Assembly (NCBI GenBank): GCA_964441265.1
Contig: CAYYKJ010000003.1
Span: 23,428 to 87,427 of the forward strand
DNA from: an uncultured archaeon
Lineage (GTDB): Archaea; Aenigmatarchaeota; Aenigmatarchaeia; QMZP01; QMZT01
Reading direction: 5' to 3'
Length of the DNA stretch: 64,000 nt
The position numbers were made by a program, and so were the translations under genes. Under the pieces are notes generated by a model. The model made no database searches. It was not told the DNA's origin and saw only the letters and a program-made list of their open reading frames with translations. Positions 37,143 through 46,788 of the stretch are shown here, in pieces. Position 1 is the first letter of the stretch. Every line of letters starts with the position of its first letter.

Positions 37143-38081
37143 TTGATTAAAAACATTGGATACGGAAAGACTATACTTTTCGGTGAGCATTTCGTGGTTT
37201 ACGGGCTGCCAGGTATAGCAGCCGCACTGGAAGACTACAATGTTGCTAAAATCGAGAAGGGAGAAGGAAGCGGGTTCGTCCTTGTTGACAACAGGAAGGA
37301 GACCCCGGGATACAAGGAGAAGAAGAAAGATGAAATCCATAAAGCGATTGATCTCATGATAAAATTTCTGAAAATCGACACTGAAAAGAATCCGATAAAG
37401 ATCACTCTTGAGGGCACGCTCCTCTGCACGAGCGGGAACGGCTCCTCCTCTGCGATGTCGACTGCCATTGCCCGTGCCCTCTCGGAATATTTCGGCCTCG
37501 GGCTGGACGAAGACCAGATAAACGAGGTTTCCTACGAGGGAGAGAAGGCGTCCGCGGGAACGCCCTCCGGGATCGACAACTCCTGCGCCACATACGGGGG
37601 AATCATCATCTTCAAAAAGAACCTAAAAGTCGGCCCCAATTTCATCGACCAGTTCAAGATAAAGGAGCCGTTAAGTATCGTGCTCGCAAATACGGGAATA
37701 ACACAGAGCACCGCGGAGGTCGTGGGGGACGTGAGGAAGGAAAAGGAGGCGAATCCGGAGAAATACGAAAGGATATTCAGGGAATACAATGAGATGTTCG
37801 AGAGAGGAAAGAAGGCACTTGAGGATTACGACCTGGAAGAAATCGGAAAACAGATGGAAAAGAACCAGGATCTCCTCAGGGAAATCACGGTGTCCTGCCC
37901 TGAAATCGAGAAAGTGATCAAGGTTGCCAAGGCCAATGGCGCGATAGCAGCAAAACTGACCGGTACAGGAAGGGGCGGCAACGTCCTGATTCTTGTCAGG
38001 GACGGCGAAACCCAGGACAGGGTGGCGGAATCGATTGAAGGGGAAGGGTTCAAGACGGTTAAGACAAGGATAGGGGTTTAA
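37143..38081 (+). CDS. mvk: Mevalonate kinase
   Basis: GKTILFGEHFVVYG and GNGSSSAMSTAIARAL GHMP-kinase motifs. Confidence 0.8.
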   Translation: MIKNIGYGKTILFGEHFVVYGLPGIAAALEDYNVAKIEKGEGSGFVLVDNRKETPGYKEKKKDEIHKAIDLMIKFLKIDTEKNPIKITLEGTLLCTSGNGSSSAMSTAIARALSEYFGLGLDEDQINEVSYEGEKASAGTPSGIDNSCATYGGIIIFKKNLKVGPNFIDQFKIKEPLSIVLANTGITQSTAEVVGDVRKEKEANPEKYERIFREYNEMFERGKKALEDYDLEEIGKQMEKNQDLLREITVSCPEIEKVIKVAKANGAIAAKLTGTGRGGNVLILVRDGETQDRVAESIEGEGFKTVKTRIGV

Positions 38082-39193
38082 ACGACCCCTTTCTTCGCCA
38101 TTTTGACGTCCAGCAGGTGTATTCCCTGCTCTTCCCAGGAATTCCTGATTTTTCCGGCGGTTTCCTCGTCAAAGCATATCGCTATTCCGCAATCCCCTCC
38201 GCCGGCTCCGGAGAGCTTTCCTGCACCGCCGTTGTCCTTTGCGAGTTCGCTGAGTTTTCTGAGGTCATCGGTTTCGATATTGACTCCTGTTTTTTCACCC
38301 AATTCCCTCAGGTAATCCTCGTTCCTGCTCAGTAGTTCGAGTATTTTTTCCTTATTCCTCTTCTTCCAATCAGTAATCAAGTCTCTGACAAGGTTAGCGA
38401 TCTGTTCGAAGAGGCGATTGTATTCCTCCCGGTTGTCCTCTGCCCATGCATTGAGCTGCTTGACCATGGCAGAGGTGGACGCGGATTTCTTTGTCCATCC
38501 GACGAGCATTATCAGGTCGTCAGAAACTTCAAGCTCCTCGACCATGTAACTCGGCCATTCCTGTTCAGCGACCTCTTTCACCGATGCTCCGCTTTCCAGC
38601 CTCTCCATTAGCCACTTCGGATCGAAACGCTGGTAGACGAATACCCCTCCGAACGTGGAAGCGGCTACGTCGAAGGCCGAGCCGACCTTTCCCTGCGCGA
38701 AATAATGGGTCATTGCGGAGAGCTTGTATATCAGGTCCTTGGTCTCCCTCTTGGAAATGTCCCTTCCTTGGAATGCAAGGATCCCGGAAACTGCAGCCAC
38801 GACCGCCGCAGCAGAGCTCCCGAAACCGATCTTCCTCATTTCCCCGTCAACCTCTATCTGGGACATCTCGCCCCAGGAACGGATCGAAAATGGCATGAAA
38901 TCCCCCAGATATCGAAGGGTGGTCTCGATGGAACCCTTGACGAATTTCAGGTATTCCTTTTCCTCTTCGGATATATCTCTTGACCATTTGAGCTCCGATC
39001 CGTCGAACTCACCCTCCAGATTCTCGATCTTGAAATCATCCAGAGTTATCCGTATCTTATCGCTTTCCTCGACCTTTGCGTGGACCCTCTTGTCCACCGC
39101 AGTAACTATTCCGGGGTTCCCTACCTCCAGAACGCTCCATTCCCCAGAAAGGAACAGCTTCCCCGGGGCGCTTACCTCAACCATCCATAACAC
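38078..39193 (-). CDS. pmk: Phosphomevalonate kinase, ERG8/bacterial-type GHMP kinase
   Basis: APGKLFLSGEWSVLE, GFGSSAAAVVAAV, LVGWTKKSASTSAMV and KLSGAGGGDCGIAICFD match bacterial PMK block for block. Confidence 0.75.
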   Translation of the reverse strand: MLWMVEVSAPGKLFLSGEWSVLEVGNPGIVTAVDKRVHAKVEESDKIRITLDDFKIENLEGEFDGSELKWSRDISEEEKEYLKFVKGSIETTLRYLGDFMPFSIRSWGEMSQIEVDGEMRKIGFGSSAAAVVAAVSGILAFQGRDISKRETKDLIYKLSAMTHYFAQGKVGSAFDVAASTFGGVFVYQRFDPKWLMERLESGASVKEVAEQEWPSYMVEELEVSDDLIMLVGWTKKSASTSAMVKQLNAWAEDNREEYNRLFEQIANLVRDLITDWKKRNKEKILELLSRNEDYLRELGEKTGVNIETDDLRKLSELAKDNGGAGKLSGAGGGDCGIAICFDEETAGKIRNSWEEQGIHLLDVKMAKKGVV

Positions 39194-39196
39194 CTC

Positions 39197-39724
39197 CTAT
39201 TTACGGCCCTTTGCTTTCAAGTATTCATTCAATGATCTCTCGAAATGCTCTGTCAGCTTCATCTCACCGGATTTCTCCTTTTCGAGCAGTTCTTCCATGG
39301 GGATGAATTTCGCCTCGTCCGCCTCCTTCCTGTCAACCCTGAAAGGTCCCTCTTGCCTCGCTTCCATCACAGCGACGAATTCCCTCTCGTCGAACGTCTC
39401 TAACATGTATTTGGTCACGAAAATCGGATTGATCTCGACTCCCAGTTCCTCCCTGCACTCCTTTTCCGTCGCCTGTTCATAAGTATCCCCGGACTTGACG
39501 TGGCCTGCGGCAGAGGACTGCCAGTAACCGGGCCGCTGCTTTCTCTTCATGGACCTCCTCTGCACGAATATCTCACCCTTTGAATTGAATACGAGCACAT
39601 GGATCTTACGGTGGATTTTCTTTTTTCCTGTATGGGCCTCGCCCCTCCTCATTTTACCGATCACTTCATCATTCTCATCCACCACGTCGAACATCTCTTC
39701 CGGGTTGTCAACCTTCTCTTTCAT
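39197..39724 (-). CDS. Nudix hydrolase
   Basis: Nudix box GHVKSGDTYEQATEKECREELGV. No IDI-1 catalytic Cys is present. Confidence 0.65.
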   Translation of the reverse strand: MKEKVDNPEEMFDVVDENDEVIGKMRRGEAHTGKKKIHRKIHVLVFNSKGEIFVQRRSMKRKQRPGYWQSSAAGHVKSGDTYEQATEKECREELGVEINPIFVTKYMLETFDEREFVAVMEARQEGPFRVDRKEADEAKFIPMEELLEKEKSGEMKLTEHFERSLNEYLKAKGRK

Positions 39725-40464
39725 ATCAATTCCATCAACTGCTGCTTTAAATTATTCAGGGAAAGCAAACGGATTCCTATCTCCTTGGCCTTCATTCGCT
39801 GCTCTTCAGTCGAATAACCCCAGTCCGCGAACAGAATGTTGGCGCCTGAATTGAGGACGGATTCGATCTGGAAGAAAACATCATCGATGAAGTAAATGTT
39901 CTCCATTGGGACGTTGAATCTCTTTGAAAACTCACTCAGGTGTTCGTTCTTGTCGGTAGAAAAGTCCTTGTCCAGGACCCTTTCTTCGGGCATCTTCACG
40001 CCGTGCTTTTCCAAGAATAAGATTGTCGCTTCCCGGTTCTTTGCCGTGCTTATGGCGACCACACACCTTTTCTGAAGGCTCTTAATCAGATCGATCAGAC
40101 AGGGATAAACCTTTATAAGACTAAATAATCTGGAATAGTTCTTTTCTGTGATCATCTTCCTCGTTTCGAAAAATATGTCCCGGAACTCCTCTGCTTTCCC
40201 CCCTGATTCCGAAATCAAAAGATTGAGATCCTTTGCTCCCATGACCCGAAAATCTTTTCCTTCCAGTATGGTTTTAATTAAAACATAAATATCCTGGGCC
40301 ATCCTCACGTAGGGTCTTGCATCAATCAATTTTTGGTAAAAATCCTTATCTACTGAAAGGTCTCTGCCCTCCATTCTGTCGAAGGCTTCCAGTGCCACAT
40401 GATATGTCTCGTGCTTGGTATCAGCTATAACACCGTCAAAATCGAAAACGAACATCTTCATCAC
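39721..40464 (-). CDS. HAD-superfamily hydrolase
   Basis: Motif I FVFDFDGVIADT, and FIDDV toward the C-terminus. Confidence 0.65.
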   Translation of the reverse strand: MMKMFVFDFDGVIADTKHETYHVALEAFDRMEGRDLSVDKDFYQKLIDARPYVRMAQDIYVLIKTILEGKDFRVMGAKDLNLLISESGGKAEEFRDIFFETRKMITEKNYSRLFSLIKVYPCLIDLIKSLQKRCVVAISTAKNREATILFLEKHGVKMPEERVLDKDFSTDKNEHLSEFSKRFNVPMENIYFIDDVFFQIESVLNSGANILFADWGYSTEEQRMKAKEIGIRLLSLNNLKQQLMELI

Positions 40465-40470
40465 ACCACT

Positions 40471-41463
40471 TCAGAAAAGGTGTTCATCCGTCATTTTCGC
40501 CGGCCCGCCGACCTTGCAGATGTGGGTGTCCTCCACTACCCCGAGGTCTTTCAGCCGCTTCTCGATTTCTTCCGAATCCTTGGACCAGCAAAGCACCTTT
40601 ACCTGGGGACCTCCATCTATGGTGAAATAGCATTCCAGACCACCGTCCCTCCATTCCATTACCGAATGTATTATCTTTATCGTGGAGGGGTTCCAGTATA
40701 TTATAGGCGGTGTCGTGGTCATCATTACCGCGTGCATCTTCAGGCAGTTCATTTCAACCGTTTCCCCGAGAAGCTTGAAATCCTTCTCGGTGATCGCCTT
40801 CCTCACGTTTTCGATGTCCTTCCCGCACTCTTCTACCCATTTCCGGTAATATGGGCAGTTATCCACGCTCATGGCCATACCGGCCCTGCTCTTGATTTTC
40901 TTCTCCTCCTTGGTTGTCACCGCAACGACCATGTCGAGGTCCCAGTGATCAGGAGAAGCGATCTGCTCCGCAAAGGAGTCGGTACCGTCCTCCTTCTCCC
41001 CCCGGTGCCACCATACGAAGCCGCCTGCTATGGACCTGGATGCGGATCCCGATCCCCTTCTGGAGAGCATGGACAGCTCTTTCTCGCCGAGATCGAGGCC
41101 GGCGGCCTTCGCACCTGCCATGCTCAGGGCAGCAAATCCTGAAGCGGAAGATGCCAGCCCGGCGGCCGTGGGAAAATTATTCACCGACATCACCTTGGCC
41201 TTCTCGGATATTCCTGCCATCTCCCTGATCAGGTCGATGTGCTTGATCACCTTGGAGAGCTCCTTTCCCTCTGTCAGCTCCTCCCCGTTCAGAATTACAA
41301 TGTCCTCATCATACTTTGAATCGAATTCCACCGTGGTGGTGGTTGTCATCCCGTCCAGAGTCATGGACGTGCTCCCGGCCTGCGGGAGCATGAGCTTCTT
41401 GTCTCTCTTGCCCCAATATTTGGTGAGGGCAATGTTAGCATTGGCAATGGCTGTCGCCTTCAT
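40471..41463 (-). CDS. mvaD: Diphosphomevalonate decarboxylase family protein
   Basis: NIALTKYWGKRD, AAGLASSASGFAAL and RRGSGSASRS motifs. Confidence 0.75.
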   Translation of the reverse strand: MKATAIANANIALTKYWGKRDKKLMLPQAGSTSMTLDGMTTTTTVEFDSKYDEDIVILNGEELTEGKELSKVIKHIDLIREMAGISEKAKVMSVNNFPTAAGLASSASGFAALSMAGAKAAGLDLGEKELSMLSRRGSGSASRSIAGGFVWWHRGEKEDGTDSFAEQIASPDHWDLDMVVAVTTKEEKKIKSRAGMAMSVDNCPYYRKWVEECGKDIENVRKAITEKDFKLLGETVEMNCLKMHAVMMTTTPPIIYWNPSTIKIIHSVMEWRDGGLECYFTIDGGPQVKVLCWSKDSEEIEKRLKDLGVVEDTHICKVGGPAKMTDEHLF

Positions 41464-41518
41464 GGAAAATCACCTCAGGATTTTATAATCTAAGAATTGG
41501 AAGGGAAATATAAAAAGA

Positions 41519-42706
41519 CTAGAGTGCCTCTTTCATCAAACCGTCAAGAATCTTAACGTCTTTAATTGTTTCGCCGCTATTGTATTGCTCTTCAAATGTC
41601 TTCCTATGTCTATCGGCCTCTTTCGGATCTATTATTGTGACATTATGCGCGATCTTGCTTTTTTGTTCCTTGTCCCTCACGGAATAAACCACACCTATAT
41701 CTCCGACTAGTGTCGCCTTTCTCATCCTCGGGTCCTGTTCGCCCAGTCTGATCTCGAAACTCTTTCCCAGATCGATATAACCTCTGAGTATGTCTTTTGC
41801 CGCCTCCAGCAGCTGTGGGTATGCCTGCAGATTTTTTGCGGTTCCCTTCCTGTTCGCTGAATATCTCCGCTTTCTTTCGGGATCCAGATCTATAGCATGC
41901 CTGAGCATCTCGAAATAGGTCGGCCGGAGAAGATTTTTCTTCAGTATATCCACGCTGTCCTTGTACTTCAACGGATCGGCCTCGGTAGGAAGAATTACTC
42001 CGGGAGACGTGGATGTCACATCCACAGTCTTGTTTGAAGGGAACAAATGAAATATCCCGAAAAGTTCATATGCCTGGGTAGAACCGACCGCGGGATAAGC
42101 GGATTCGATCTGCGCCGCATCTTCACCGATTTCACCGAGCAGTCTGAACCTTTCAATGAGCTCTGCGGGATCTTTCAGAATGTCCGACGCCTGTGCAAAA
42201 TAGATATCCCGGAGCTCTTTCAGCTCATCCGGTGAGTATTGAAGCAAATTGGGATCAGTGTAAATAGCCAACTCTTCAGTATCTGTCGGATAATTTTCGA
42301 TATAACCGTCAATCATTCTCGGTATCGTGAACATTCTCGCTAAAATGTGATTGAAAGGTCCGATGATTTTTTTCCCGTCCTCTGCTCCAATCATTTTGAA
42401 GAACCCGGTCTTTAGCTTATCCTTGGGCGCTTCAACACAGGAATCAATCATGTCTCTGTGATCAGTAACATCGTGCATGCTGTCAGGCACGGGCATGCGC
42501 AGAGGATAAACATCTTGTTTCTCCATATAATACTGAGAAAGCCTTCCCGCTTCCTCCACAATTGAATCACTATACAAACCGGAAAAGAGTTCCGTGACTT
42601 TATCCCCGAATTTTTTCATCAGCATCACTTCTTTTGCGTTATTATTCGGTGAAAGACATTTATCTCTTCTGGGCGAATCCAGGAGGAAAATTATCATCCA
42701 AAACAT
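41519..42706 (-). CDS. Hypothetical protein embedded in the mevalonate cluster. The start may be the internal MLMKKFGDK.
   Basis: 395-aa ORF with no recognisable motif. Confidence 0.35.
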   Translation of the reverse strand: MFWMIIFLLDSPRRDKCLSPNNNAKEVMLMKKFGDKVTELFSGLYSDSIVEEAGRLSQYYMEKQDVYPLRMPVPDSMHDVTDHRDMIDSCVEAPKDKLKTGFFKMIGAEDGKKIIGPFNHILARMFTIPRMIDGYIENYPTDTEELAIYTDPNLLQYSPDELKELRDIYFAQASDILKDPAELIERFRLLGEIGEDAAQIESAYPAVGSTQAYELFGIFHLFPSNKTVDVTSTSPGVILPTEADPLKYKDSVDILKKNLLRPTYFEMLRHAIDLDPERKRRYSANRKGTAKNLQAYPQLLEAAKDILRGYIDLGKSFEIRLGEQDPRMRKATLVGDIGVVYSVRDKEQKSKIAHNVTIIDPKEADRHRKTFEEQYNSGETIKDVKILDGLMKEAL

Positions 42707-42758
42707 TTAAATACCCATTAAATAACTACTATTAGATAACAAAATAATTAGTGATTAT

Positions 42759-43898
42759 ATGACATTGTACATACCAAAATTCGATGTAAAGGGGATTCCA
42801 GCAGCTTTCCCTTTATACAGGGTTCCGCTTCAAGAAACCGGTAAATGGGGAATCAGATATGATAACGCAAGTGATCTGAAGAAGCTTCTGGAGATGGACA
42901 GGAGTCTTTACAAAAAGGAATGGGAAATGGGGAAAGGTGCCCAGATGGACAATGTGACAAAGGCTTCTGAAGAGGCCGGGTTCGGACCCATGACAAAGGT
43001 CCTGCAGAAGGCAGGCGGTGCGCTGTGTTCATATTTATGTGATAAGATCGACGGTGAAATCGTAATACTGGACAACGGAGCGGGTCCCGGTCAGTCAGCG
43101 AGGAAAGTAGCTGATTCACTGACCAATAGGGAAAAATCAAGGGTCAAGATCCTTCTTCTGGACCCATCGGGAGAGAAGCTCGCTGAAGCGAAAAGGGCAT
43201 TGGGAACCGAAATAGAATATGAAGCTCTTCCCCCATGCAGTGATTACGAGGCTCTGGAAAAAACCAATTTAAAACCGGGGGAAGTCGACATCGTGCTCAA
43301 CGTGGCCGGGGGGAAACATCACAACATGCTGGCCCCATGGGGTTTGTACAAAGACATATTGAAACAAAACGGTTACTTTGTCGACATAGACTGGAACACC
43401 GACTGCTGGAGGCCGGCGATAGTATACGACATGATGGATTCCTGGGAGTGGGAAGACAAGGAGGAAATCCTGAAAGGATTCGCTGACATGTTCATACCTG
43501 AACTGACGGGAAACAAAGAGATGGATCTGGAACTGGCAAGAAAAAGGGATTACTCCGAGAACGAACTGGACGCACAGGCAGTGAAGGACATGATTTCTTT
43601 CTGGACCGGTTACGGACGGTTTGAACTGAAGAGCGGTGCCCAGGGAAAACACGCAATCTTCTGGCCGGAAGGCCACATGAACAGCAAAAAGATATTGGAA
43701 TATATGACTACAGCAGGGCTTAACCCCAATTCCGATGATTTGAAAAGAATGAAATCCGAGGGGCTGGAGATAGACTACAGCGTCATAAGGGGCGGGAGTT
43801 TGAAAGAGGGAAAGACGAAAATAAAGGATTTCCCCCACAACATATGTCCTGACACATCGCTCTGGTCTATAAACATCGGTCAGAAAGAATCGAAATGA
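42759..43898 (+). CDS. Putative class I SAM-dependent methyltransferase-like protein
   Basis: VILDNGAGPGQSA (motif I-like) and DIVLNVAGGKHH. Confidence 0.45.
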   Translation: MTLYIPKFDVKGIPAAFPLYRVPLQETGKWGIRYDNASDLKKLLEMDRSLYKKEWEMGKGAQMDNVTKASEEAGFGPMTKVLQKAGGALCSYLCDKIDGEIVILDNGAGPGQSARKVADSLTNREKSRVKILLLDPSGEKLAEAKRALGTEIEYEALPPCSDYEALEKTNLKPGEVDIVLNVAGGKHHNMLAPWGLYKDILKQNGYFVDIDWNTDCWRPAIVYDMMDSWEWEDKEEILKGFADMFIPELTGNKEMDLELARKRDYSENELDAQAVKDMISFWTGYGRFELKSGAQGKHAIFWPEGHMNSKKILEYMTTAGLNPNSDDLKRMKSEGLEIDYSVIRGGSLKEGKTKIKDFPHNICPDTSLWSINIGQKESK

Positions 43899-43946
43899 AA
43901 TATCCCCTTCCAGCTTTTTATATGATCCGTTTCAATACTTATCATT

Positions 43947-44957
43947 ATGCAGGGAAAGATCACCGGTTCCAGGAAGGCTGATCACATAGACATCTGCCTC
44001 GGGAAGGACGTTGAGTACTCCAAGAGCAACGGCTTCGGGAGGTATGACCTTCCCCACAGGGCTCTGCCCGAGGTTGATCTTCAGGAGATAGACTGCTCGT
44101 GCAAGTTCTTCGGGAAGAAGCTGGGCTATCCATTGTTTGTGACTGGGATGACCGGAGGGACCGACCGGGCACTGGAGATAAACAGGAACATAGCCAGGGC
44201 AGCGGAGGTGCTGGGGATCGGCTTCGGAGTGGGTTCCCAGAGGGCAATGCTGGAGAATCCCTCGCTGACAAGAACTTACAAGGTCCGCAAGCTGGCGCCC
44301 AACGTCCTTTTTCTGGGCAACATAGGGGCGGGCCAGCTCCAAGAATATGACCCGGGGAAGATAAAGCTCATGGTGGAGAAGATCGAGGCGGACGGGCTGG
44401 CCCTGCACCTGAACCCCGCGCAGGAGATGGCCCAGGACGAGGGGGATTATTCATGGTCGGGGGTGCTGGACATGATAAAGAAACTTACCAGGTCAGTTGA
44501 TTTCCCGGTGATGGCGAAGGAGGTCGGGACGGGAATATCGGGAGACGTCGCCAGGATGCTTGCGGGTGCCGGCGTGAAAGCCATAGACGTGTCCGGGGCA
44601 GGCGGGACCTCCTGGATAAAGGTGGACTCCTACAGGAGCGGAAGGGAGATGGATTCCTTTTTGGAATGGGGCATCCCGACCGCGGAGGCCCTGAAAGATA
44701 CGGTTTCCAAGGTAAGGGTCCCGGTGATGGCGAGCGGGGGCATAAGGAACGGCATAGAGGCGGCGAAGGCCATTGCTATGGGCGCCTCTCTCGCGGGTTT
44801 CGCGCTCCCGGTGCTGGAGCCCGCCACGAGGGGATGGGAAGCGGTGAAGGAGAGGATGGAAAGGATCATCTTCGAGCTGAAGACTGCCATGTTCCTTTCG
44901 GGGGCGAAAAACCTCGCGGAGCTGCGAAGAAACAGGCTAACAGAAAGATATAAGTGA
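43947..44957 (+). CDS. fni: Isopentenyl-diphosphate isomerase type 2 (FMN-dependent)
   Basis: KADHIDICL...FVTGMTGG...MASGGIRNGIEAAKAIAMGA TIM-barrel IDI-2 pattern. Confidence 0.8.
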   Translation: MQGKITGSRKADHIDICLGKDVEYSKSNGFGRYDLPHRALPEVDLQEIDCSCKFFGKKLGYPLFVTGMTGGTDRALEINRNIARAAEVLGIGFGVGSQRAMLENPSLTRTYKVRKLAPNVLFLGNIGAGQLQEYDPGKIKLMVEKIEADGLALHLNPAQEMAQDEGDYSWSGVLDMIKKLTRSVDFPVMAKEVGTGISGDVARMLAGAGVKAIDVSGAGGTSWIKVDSYRSGREMDSFLEWGIPTAEALKDTVSKVRVPVMASGGIRNGIEAAKAIAMGASLAGFALPVLEPATRGWEAVKERMERIIFELKTAMFLSGAKNLAELRRNRLTERYK

Positions 44958-44976
44958 GCCCTTCCAATTATGAAAC

Positions 44977-45600
44977 ATGGTCAACAAGGAGCTTTTTGAC
45001 TACATAAAATCCCAGCTTGAGTCAGGGCAGAATCCGGACGAGGTCAGGAAGATCCTCCTCCAGGCGGGATGGACTTCAAACGACATCAGAGAAGCCGCCG
45101 AAACCGTCAGGAAGGTAATAGAGAACCAGAGAATCGCCAGGGAGAAAATGGCAGAGCAGAAGAAATCCGGGGAGAAGCGTCCTTCAGAAAGTAATTACAC
45201 ATATGGGCTTCTGCTTTCCATGCTGGGAGGCATGCTGATACTCATAAACGGCGTATACACCTCGGTCTTCAGGACAATGTCAATGGATTTCTTCTCAAGC
45301 ATCGGAATGGGTTTCTACCTGTTCTCAAACGAGGCCTCCGCCAACACGATTTTCGGGATAACAGGGGCGGTGATAGGGCTGATAATAATGGCTGTGAACA
45401 TCCATAAAATGAAACCGGGGGGTTCGCAGGGCGTGCACAGGAGGATAATAGACAGGATAGAGAACCTGCTGGAAGGCAGGACCGGATTCAGCGGATTGAT
45501 CACCTTCCTGCTATCGGTGCTGGGGTTGCTCTTCGGAGGACTTTACATCGGGCCGGCCATAGGGGTTATCGGCGGAATTCTCCGGTACCTCGGGAAATAA
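44977..45600 (+). CDS. Membrane protein of unknown function
   Basis: Soluble N-terminal part of 60 aa followed by four TM helices. Confidence 0.4.
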   Translation: MVNKELFDYIKSQLESGQNPDEVRKILLQAGWTSNDIREAAETVRKVIENQRIAREKMAEQKKSGEKRPSESNYTYGLLLSMLGGMLILINGVYTSVFRTMSMDFFSSIGMGFYLFSNEASANTIFGITGAVIGLIIMAVNIHKMKPGGSQGVHRRIIDRIENLLEGRTGFSGLITFLLSVLGLLFGGLYIGPAIGVIGGILRYLGK

Positions 45601-45875
45601 AATCTAGAGCGGATTCTCTATTTTGTCCCTGAAATATTCGCATTTGCCGCAGTAACTGCCGTCTCCCAGATTAGCAAGCACTCCCCGGGGGCAGGGCGAA
45701 AAAGTCTTCAATCCGCTCAGGGCTATAACATCCGGACTGCTGCAGAATATCCCGTCTGTGGGAAAATCCTCCCCGTGTTCTTTCGGGCGGTTTCCCCATA
45801 CGCATCTTTTATACGTCTGTGCCTGCGCTCCCATGGATTAGAATAGTGAGGAAAATCTTATAAGCGAGAGCGGGG

Positions 45876-46271
45876 TCATCTCATGCTGAAAGAATACCTT
45901 CCGGGAGCCCATTTACCTCCCGAGGCCCGGTAGCCACATTTGGGGCATTTAGCTCCGGATACGAGCTTACGGCCCTTCAGGTTCTTGGTGTAGAATCTTC
46001 GGAGGCCGTGGCCGCAGGAGGGGCATTTTTTTCGGGACTTTCCTTTTTTCGTGCGGATGATGACCCTGATTCCGCTGGCTTTCAGGCAGATTTTCCTTAT
46101 CCTGGAACCGGAAATGGTATATCTCGGCTCGACCTTCTTGAGGTCGGCATTCACCATCTCGCCCAGCTTCTTCTGTGAATCCACTTCCCTCTTCTTCAGG
46201 ATCTTTCTGAGAATGAAGACCACCACGTCCTCCTTGGGACGCTTGGAACCCTTAACTTTCGCCCTGGGCAT
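45876..46271 (-). CDS. Basic zinc-ribbon protein (putative nucleic-acid binding)
   Basis: C-terminal CPSCGH...CPKCGY ribbon. Lys/Arg-rich. Confidence 0.4.
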   Translation of the reverse strand: MPRAKVKGSKRPKEDVVVFILRKILKKREVDSQKKLGEMVNADLKKVEPRYTISGSRIRKICLKASGIRVIIRTKKGKSRKKCPSCGHGLRRFYTKNLKGRKLVSGAKCPKCGYRASGGKWAPGRYSFSMR

Positions 46272-46308
46272 GATTAAGATTTAAATCGCGGATTTTTAAG
46301 TAAAATTT

Positions 46309-46611
46309 ATGGGCTTTGATTCGGAAGTGATGTTCCTTGTCAAGAAAATACCCAGGGGGAAGGTCACCACATACAAGGAGATGGGCAGGGCGCTCGGCAG
46401 CAGGGGCTACCGCTCGGTGGGGCAGGCGCTGAAAAGGAACCCGAGGCCGGTGGTGATACCCTGCCACAGGGTCGTTAATTCAGACGGCAGTATAGGGGGG
46501 TACCACGGAAAATCTGACAGCGATGAAAAGGAGAGAATCCTCAGGGAGGAAGGGGTGGAGATAAGACAGGGAAAAATAAACCTCAAAAAACACTTCTTCC
46601 GGATGGTTTAG
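46309..46611 (+). CDS. ogt: MGMT-family (O6-alkylguanine-DNA alkyltransferase C-domain) protein
   Basis: Active-site IPCHRVV motif. 100 aa. Confidence 0.65.
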   Translation: MGFDSEVMFLVKKIPRGKVTTYKEMGRALGSRGYRSVGQALKRNPRPVVIPCHRVVNSDGSIGGYHGKSDSDEKERILREEGVEIRQGKINLKKHFFRMV

Positions 46612-46769
46612 GTCCAGAGTTCGGCCTTCTCCTCGTCTGTTTCTGTCTCCAGGATAAGGCCGTATCTGCTGAAAAAAGTGGAGCACTTGGGACACATGAA
46701 AGCCTCCGGCCTTCTGTTCCAGAGCTTCCCCACAGTACCGCAAACAGGACATTTATTAGTGCAAATCAT
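46608..46769 (-). CDS. Small zinc-ribbon protein, 53 aa
   Basis: MICTNKCPVCGTVGKLWNRRPEAFMCPKCSTFFSRYGLILETETDEEKAELWT. Its stop codon overlaps the stop codon of the convergent MGMT gene. Confidence 0.35.
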   Translation of the reverse strand: MICTNKCPVCGTVGKLWNRRPEAFMCPKCSTFFSRYGLILETETDEEKAELWT

Positions 46770-46788
46770 GAAAAGACACCAGTGATAT

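Noticed and set aside
39197-39724. The Nudix protein as a type-1 isopentenyl-diphosphate isomerase (IDI-1 is a Nudix fold and the gene lies in the MVA cluster)
   Set aside because: A canonical Nudix box is present, but the IDI-1 catalytic Cys/Glu context is absent (WQSSAAGH instead of C-x-H). IDI-2 is already present. It is called a generic Nudix hydrolase.
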